Assembly (NCBI RefSeq): GCF_006345805.1
Contig: NC_043024.1
Coordinates: forward strand, 14,446,001-14,510,000
Reading direction: 5' to 3'
Length of the DNA: 64,000 nt
Source of the DNA: Octopus sinensis
Taxonomy: Eukaryota
Part shown: one piece after another, positions 62,401-64,000 of the stretch
Layout: each line of letters opens with the position of its first letter
Position numbering within the stretch: the stretch's first letter is position 1
Position numbers and translations under genes: made by a program
The notes under the pieces: model-generated
What the model was told of the DNA's origin: nothing
The model's database searches: none
Seen by the model: only the letters and a program-made list of their open reading frames with translations

Positions 62401-63620
62401 TATATAGTGAAGGCGCATGGCCCAGTGGTTAGAGCATCGAACTTACAATCGTGAGGTTGTGAGCTCGAATCCCCGACCGGGCTGCGTGTTGTGTTCTTGA
62501 GCAAGACACTTTATTTCATGTTGCTCCAGTTCACTTAGCTGTAGAAATGAGTTGCGATGTCACAGGTGCCAAGCTGTATCAGTCTTTGCCTTTCTGTTGG
62601 TGTGGAGAGGGGAGGCGGCTATGCATGAGCGACTGCTGGTCTTCCCTAAACAACCTTGCCAGGGCTTGTGCCTCGGAGGGTAACTTTCTAGGTATAACCC
62701 CATGGTTTGTGTCATGACCGAAGGGGGTCTCAGAATTCTGTCATAGAATTTTAACTATTTTTTTAAGAAGATTTGTAGCTGTGTGGTAAAAAGATTGCTT
62801 CTCAACCATGTGGTTCCAGGTTTAATAATAATCAACTTTATGGGACAAATATATAAAAGTTTAACAATAAAAAAAACTTATTATTTAGTTTGATTTTACA
62901 TTAAACGCTCTTAAAGTTTTACTTTACAAATCAGGAAAAAAATCTCTCAATAAATATAAATTCGATTTTTTAAAAACTTTCATTCATCATTATCATCATC
63001 ATCATCGTTTAATGTCCGCTTTCCATGCTAGCATGCGTTGGACAATTTGATTGAGGACTGGCGAACCAGATGGCTGCACCAGGCTCCAATCTGATCTGGC
63101 AGAGTTCCTACAGCTGCATGCCCTTCCTAATGCCAACCACTCTGAGAGTGTAGTGGGCGATTTGACATGCCACCGGCACGAGGGCCAGTCAATCAGTACT
63201 GGCAACAGCCACGCTCACATGGTACTTTTTCTGTGCCACTTGCACAGGAGGCAGTCCAGTGGCACGGACAACAACTTCCTTTGAATGTTTTTTCACATGC
63301 CACCAGGACAAGTGCTAGAAAGGCAACACAGGTGACAATCACACTCGATTGGTGCTTTGTCCATGCTACCGGCACGGAGGCCAGCTTGTTGCTCTGGCAA
63401 CAATCTCACTCATATGGTACTCTTAGCGCTCCACTAGCACGGATGCCAGTCATCGAATTTGATTTCGATTTTGATATTATTTATTAATCAAATCTTCTCC
63501 AAGATTAAAGTATATACATGCCATATATTGAAGAACCCTATTAGCTATTAACGATACAAAAATGATATATAATACATATGAATTGCCATTTTCTTGCAGG
63601 ACCAGCTGTTACTCCATCAG
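780..63620 (+). CDS. Multi-exon gene (3' end beyond window): predicted secreted or cell-surface mucin-like protein with 5 discoidin (F5/8 type C)-like domains and ~20 symmetric micro-exons
   Basis: 31 exons located by eye with AG acceptors and GT (one GC) donors. Phases chain without stops: signal exon ends phase 1, A exons 1-0, B exons 0-1, micro-exons 1-1. About 2848 nt of CDS. Confidence 0.8.
868..3211 (+). mobile_element. 5'-truncated RTE-clade LINE (frameshifted RT, Cys-rich finger, 3'UTR, (GAT)n tail)
   Basis: [51 protein letters not shown]; ends cgttaaac(gat)n. Confidence 0.95.
2724..3040 (+). repeat. 63-bp minisatellite, about 5 units, in RTE 3'UTR
   Basis: Unit aaacaccatccgagcgtggccgtctgccagcctcgtctggcacctgtgtcggtggcacataaa. 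Confidence 0.95.
3590..3852 (+). CDS. Domain 1 exon A ([21 protein letters not shown]...NVIW), N-part of discoidin-like domain
   Basis: ttgttttag acceptor, gtaagt donor, 263 nt, phase 1-0; C..GM..IPDS.I..R..GW pattern. Confidence 0.9.
4622..4757 (+). CDS. Domain 1 exon B ([45 protein letters not shown])
   Basis: ttttttgcaatag acceptor, gtaagt donor, 136 nt, phase 0-1; IR.P..M.V.L.IIGC resembles the discoidin C-terminus. Confidence 0.9.
4918..5470 (+). mobile_element. BovB-like RTE LINE 3' fragment
   Basis: EIRRRI...[10 protein letters not shown]...[17 protein letters not shown]; atattatta on both sides; empty site at 7621. Confidence 0.9.
6313..6578 (+). CDS. Domain 2 exon A
   Basis: Paralogous to 3590..3852; 266 nt; same splice sites. 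Confidence 0.9.
7352..7487 (+). CDS. Domain 2 exon B ([45 protein letters not shown])
   Basis: 136 nt, tag/gtaagt, open frame. Confidence 0.9.
8619..8660 (+). CDS. 42-nt micro-exon, type 1 ([14 protein letters not shown])
   Basis: ttttgcatttccag acceptor, G|gttagt donor, phase 1-1. Confidence 0.85.
10142..10183 (+). CDS. 42-nt micro-exon, type 1 ([14 protein letters not shown])
   Basis: Same splice context as 8619. Confidence 0.85.
10436..10701 (+). CDS. Domain 3 exon A
   Basis: 266 nt; near-identical to 6313..6578. Confidence 0.9.
11475..11610 (+). CDS. Domain 3 exon B
   Basis: 136 nt, tag/gtaagt. Confidence 0.9.
11758..12310 (+). mobile_element. Duplicate of the BovB-like fragment (truncated third copy at 14487-14553)
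   Basis: Near-identical to 4918..5470, same flanks. Confidence 0.9.
13153..13418 (+). CDS. Domain 4 exon A
   Basis: 266 nt; offset 6840 from exon 6313. Confidence 0.88.
14191..14326 (+). CDS. Domain 4 exon B
   Basis: 136 nt, tag/gtaagt. Confidence 0.88.
15111..15152 (+). CDS. 42-nt micro-exon, type 1 ([14 protein letters not shown])
   Basis: tttgcatttccag / gttagt, phase 1-1. Confidence 0.85.
15560..15840 (-). mobile_element. RTE 3'-end short copy
   Basis: Reverse complement of the 3040-3211 tail. Confidence 0.85.
16001..16407 (+). mobile_element. tRNA-derived SINE family 1
   Basis: A/B-box head tggttgtgtggtaag...ggttcagtccc, central microsatellite, tail gactgaaacaagtaaaagag. Confidence 0.9.
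17146..17610 (+). mobile_element. SINE family 1
   Basis: As 16001. Confidence 0.9.
18117..18421 (-). mobile_element. Non-autonomous Helitron
   Basis: On minus: 5' TC, subterminal hairpin, 3' CTAG; homologous to 31391..31786. Confidence 0.8.
18421..18771. repeat. Fold-back element, ~100-bp imperfect inverted arms
   Basis: 18421-18520 is the reverse complement of 18670-18771. Confidence 0.85.
18773..19070 (-). mobile_element. RTE 3'-end short copy
   Basis: (cat)n cgtttaacg... matches RTE tail. Confidence 0.85.
19150..20375. repeat. Very AT-rich long palindrome with internal duplication
   Basis: Outer arms about 19215-19285 and 20300-20372; hairpin centres tagtatacta at about 19600 and 20022. 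Confidence 0.9.
20700..21090 (+). mobile_element. RTE 3'-end short copy
   Basis: Matches 2545-3211, (gat)n tail. Confidence 0.9.
21852..21893 (+). CDS. 42-nt micro-exon, type 2 copy 1 ([14 protein letters not shown])
   Basis: ttttcaatttccag / G|gtttgt. Confidence 0.82.
22170..22682 (-). mobile_element. Mariner transposase remnant
   Basis: PILLQDNA and [10 protein letters not shown] on minus strand. Confidence 0.8.
23046..23087 (+). CDS. 42-nt micro-exon, type 2 copy 2 ([14 protein letters not shown])
   Basis: Same acceptor, donor gttcgt. Confidence 0.8.
23982..24023 (+). CDS. 42-nt micro-exon, type 2 copy 3 ([14 protein letters not shown])
   Basis: Same splice context. Confidence 0.82.
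24549..25097 (-). mobile_element. Duplicated mariner remnant
   Basis: Paralogous to 22170..22682; [25 protein letters not shown]. Confidence 0.8.
25461..25502 (+). CDS. 42-nt micro-exon, type 2 copy 4 ([14 protein letters not shown])
   Basis: Same splice context. Confidence 0.82.
26401..26442 (+). CDS. 42-nt micro-exon, type 2 copy 5 ([14 protein letters not shown])
   Basis: Same splice context. Confidence 0.82.
26625..27240. repeat. Inverted repeat (~190-bp arms around microsatellite), probable Penelope-like element end
   Basis: 26625-26812 is the reverse complement of 27058-27240; single related copies at 28440-28620 and 29780-29955. Confidence 0.85.
27750..27978 (+). mobile_element. RTE 3'-end short copy (others at 24170-24420, 34598-34848, 40085-40405, 45140-45390, 47650-47900, 61010-61326)
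   Basis: cacccactacactc...ggagtggttggcgttaggaagggcatccagctgtag...(gat)n. Confidence 0.88.
28640..28984 (+). mobile_element. SINE family 1
   Basis: As 16001, internally shortened. Confidence 0.85.
29517..29558 (+). CDS. 42-nt micro-exon, type 2 copy 6 ([14 protein letters not shown])
   Basis: Same acceptor, donor gttcgt. Confidence 0.8.
30182..30229 (-). ncRNA. Minimal type I hammerhead-like motif with variant core
   Basis: AUUCAAAGCA-AUGAUUA-GUAAAUUCAC-GAAAC-UG-GUA-UGCUUUUGAAU. Confidence 0.5.
30641..31027 (+). mobile_element. SINE family 1
   Basis: Well-preserved head ggcgcaggagtggctgtgtggtaag. Confidence 0.92.
31391..31786 (+). mobile_element. Non-autonomous Helitron
   Basis: A|TC start; cccgagcaacgccggg hairpin; CTAG|T end; no TSD. 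Confidence 0.85.
32300..32612 (+). mobile_element. tRNA-derived SINE family 3 (related heads at 50185-50558 -, 60540-60683 -, 62410-62730 +)
   Basis: ggcccagttgttagggcagcggactcgcggtcggaggatcgcggtttcgattccc tRNA-like head plus unrelated body. Confidence 0.8.
32678..32922. repeat. ~245-bp imperfect hairpin containing a degenerate hammerhead core
   Basis: Arms pair around loop cctgatgaagcttt; gaaacatctgta on + and gaaacagctgta on -. Confidence 0.8.
34409..34450 (+). CDS. 42-nt micro-exon, type 2 copy 7 ([14 protein letters not shown])
   Basis: Same splice context. Confidence 0.82.
35128..35169 (+). CDS. 42-nt micro-exon, type 2 copy 8 ([14 protein letters not shown])
   Basis: Same splice context. 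Confidence 0.82.
35386..35427 (+). CDS. 42-nt micro-exon, type 2 copy 9 ([14 protein letters not shown])
   Basis: Same splice context, short upstream intron. Confidence 0.8.
35657..35892 (+). mobile_element. tRNA-derived SINE family 2 (also 37205-37440 -, 55935-56152 -, 63668-63830 +)
   Basis: ggtggcaaactggcagaaacgttagc...gagttcaaattcc...ggggtcgataaattaagtaccag. Confidence 0.88.
36168..36657 (-). mobile_element. SINE family 1
   Basis: Reverse complement of family consensus. Confidence 0.9.
38712..38753 (+). CDS. 42-nt micro-exon, type 2 copy 10 ([14 protein letters not shown])
   Basis: Same acceptor, donor gttcgt. Confidence 0.8.
39046..39412 (+). mobile_element. SINE family 1
   Basis: As 16001. 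Confidence 0.9.
39740..40868 (+). mobile_element. Decayed DNA transposon transposase (tentatively Chapaev3-like), interrupted by an RTE tail and followed by an RTE RT fragment (40869-41170)
   Basis: [59 protein letters not shown]; family name recalled, not searched. Confidence 0.6.
41455..41872 (-). mobile_element. SINE family 1
   Basis: Reverse complement of consensus. Confidence 0.88.
42147..42179 (+). CDS. 33-nt micro-exon ([11 protein letters not shown])
   Basis: cttttcttaatttcag / G|gtttgt, phase 1-1, S/T/P-rich. Confidence 0.75.
42540..43088 (+). mobile_element. Internally deleted mariner with TIRs and TA target duplication
   Basis: ta|ttgggttgtccggaaagtttgtgccgattt ... aaatcggcatgaactttccaaacaacccaa|ta; HFRHLMLWE joined to [21 protein letters not shown]. 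Confidence 0.93.
43358..43747 (-). mobile_element. SINE family 1
   Basis: Reverse complement of consensus. Confidence 0.9.
43962..44000 (+). CDS. 39-nt micro-exon ([13 protein letters not shown])
   Basis: ttttatcttttcag / G|gtttgg, phase 1-1. Confidence 0.7.
   Translation, partial: VLQQHRDILQHQ
46209..46238 (+). CDS. Possible 30-nt micro-exon ([10 protein letters not shown])
   Basis: ctttttcag / A|gtatgc, phase 1-1; squeezed between two SINEs; weaker donor. Confidence 0.45.
46245..46693 (-). mobile_element. SINE family 1 (partial copies at 44122-44330, 45390-45547, 45918-46170)
   Basis: Reverse complement of consensus. Confidence 0.88.
47110..47640 (+). mobile_element. Highly decayed RTE 3' coding remnant
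   Basis: MLHGSE.W and RNEASML.WMCN similar to ORF 2071..2469. Confidence 0.7.
48222..48602. repeat. AT-rich fold-back element of the same family as 19150..20375
   Basis: Shared start ttaggga..tccaa..ttaca.ggaaaaatt; arms about 48300-48410 and 48495-48602. Confidence 0.8.
48766..48891 (-). ncRNA. Type I hammerhead ribozyme motif (Penelope-like element type)
   Basis: UCU-CUGACGA-GGCCUAUGG-[83 nt]-CCAUAGGCU-GAAAC-AGCU-GUA/AGG: full core, 9-bp stem II, palindromic loop III. Confidence 0.7.
49216..49487 (+). CDS. Domain 5 exon A ([38 protein letters not shown]...DTK)
   Basis: atttttcag / gtaagt, 272 nt, phase 1-0; aligns by eye with A exons (C..GM, IPD, E.P.V.RP, GW, GA.L.L.KH.NV). Confidence 0.9.
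49547..49950 (-). mobile_element. SINE family 1
   Basis: Reverse complement of consensus. Confidence 0.85.
50560..51760 (+). mobile_element. Ty3/gypsy LTR retrotransposon integrase remnant
   Basis: [54 protein letters not shown] with stops and frameshifts. Confidence 0.88.
51768..52192 (+). mobile_element. SINE family 1
   Basis: As 16001. Confidence 0.9.
52708..53133 (-). mobile_element. SINE family 1
   Basis: Reverse complement of consensus. Confidence 0.9.
53323..53845 (+). mobile_element. SINE family 1 with internal rearrangement
   Basis: Head and tail present, part of body repeated. Confidence 0.82.
53955..54084 (+). CDS. Domain 5 exon B ([43 protein letters not shown])
   Basis: ctttacag / G|gtatgt, 130 nt, phase 0-1; homologous to B exons (IP.GT.A..ILI.F.P..M..TLS..GC). 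Confidence 0.88.
54819..56303 (-). mobile_element. Decayed mariner with TIRs, nested SINE family 2
   Basis: TIR core gctga.aagttcataggctgac at both ends, TA flanks; [16 protein letters not shown] and FWDAKGIV on minus. Confidence 0.88.
56971..57003 (+). CDS. 33-nt micro-exon ([11 protein letters not shown])
   Basis: atttttttag / G|gtatgg, phase 1-1. Confidence 0.65.
57640..58430 (+). mobile_element. Probable decayed non-LTR retrotransposon ORF2 remnant
   Basis: KA.IFA.HF.SNSTL motif and downstream FA.D-like remnant; many disruptions. Confidence 0.4.
58854..59464. repeat. Two tandem ~320-bp units, each with a 59-bp inverted repeat
   Basis: 58854-58912 is the exact reverse complement of 58982-59040; unit repeats from 59177. 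Confidence 0.92.
59898..59927 (+). CDS. 30-nt micro-exon ([10 protein letters not shown])
   Basis: tttacttctag / G|gtatgt, phase 1-1. Confidence 0.6.
60074..60480 (+). mobile_element. SINE family 1
   Basis: As 16001. Confidence 0.88.
61810..62184 (-). mobile_element. SINE family 1
   Basis: Reverse complement of consensus. Confidence 0.85.
62297..62332 (+). CDS. 36-nt micro-exon ([12 protein letters not shown])
   Basis: ttccccttttcag / G|gtaagt, phase 1-1. Confidence 0.75.
62982..63475 (-). mobile_element. RTE 3'UTR copy with decayed minisatellite
   Basis: (cat)n tail plus degenerate repeat units. Confidence 0.82.
63600..63620 (+). CDS. 21-nt micro-exon (GPAVTPS) with GC donor
   Basis: ttttcttgcag / CAG|gcaagt, phase 1-1. 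Confidence 0.6.
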
Positions 63621-64000
63621 GCAAGTACAATTCTACTGTTTGTTTAGTTATTAAAATGAAAGTATTTGAGGTGGTGAGCTGGCAGAATCGTTAGCATGCT
63701 GGACAAAATGCTTAGTGGTATTTCATCTATCGTTCTGTTCTGAGTTCAAATTCCGCTAAGGTCAACTTTACTTTTCATTCTTTTGGGGTCGATGAAATAA
63801 GTACCAGTTGAATACTGCATTGACACCCACATTTCAGTACCATGTAGCATACATGTTTATACAATAAGATTGATAGCATATGATAGAGGAATTCAAATCT
63901 AACATCTGTAATGTACATGACATTGACAATCAAATAAATACTATGCTTGCTCATATTTCTTTGCTTTTGTTTTTCTTTTTCATTCAACATATTATATAAT

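Overview
AT-rich, repeat-dense eukaryotic DNA. The SINE/RTE/microsatellite make-up suggests a coleoid cephalopod (octopus-like); this is an inference. Almost all ORF-track entries are microsatellite or transposon noise. Reading splice signals by hand reveals one + strand gene spanning almost the whole window (ATG at 780, still open at 63620). It has about 31 coding exons, about 2.85 kb of CDS and about 950 aa so far. The predicted layout is: signal peptide; four recently duplicated two-exon Cys-bracketed domains resembling divergent F5/8 type C (discoidin) domains; Ser/Thr/Pro-rich linkers; a fifth, divergent domain; then more linker. The linkers are built from about 20 symmetric phase 1-1 micro-exons of 21-42 nt, ten of which are near-identical 42-nt copies ([14 protein letters not shown]) amplified together with their intron flanks. 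The duplicated domains differ mostly by amino-acid-changing substitutions. Introns hold RTE, BovB-like and Tx1-like LINE pieces, three tRNA-derived SINE families, mariner, Helitron, gypsy and Chapaev-like relics, and several fold-back elements with minimal hammerhead-ribozyme motifs.
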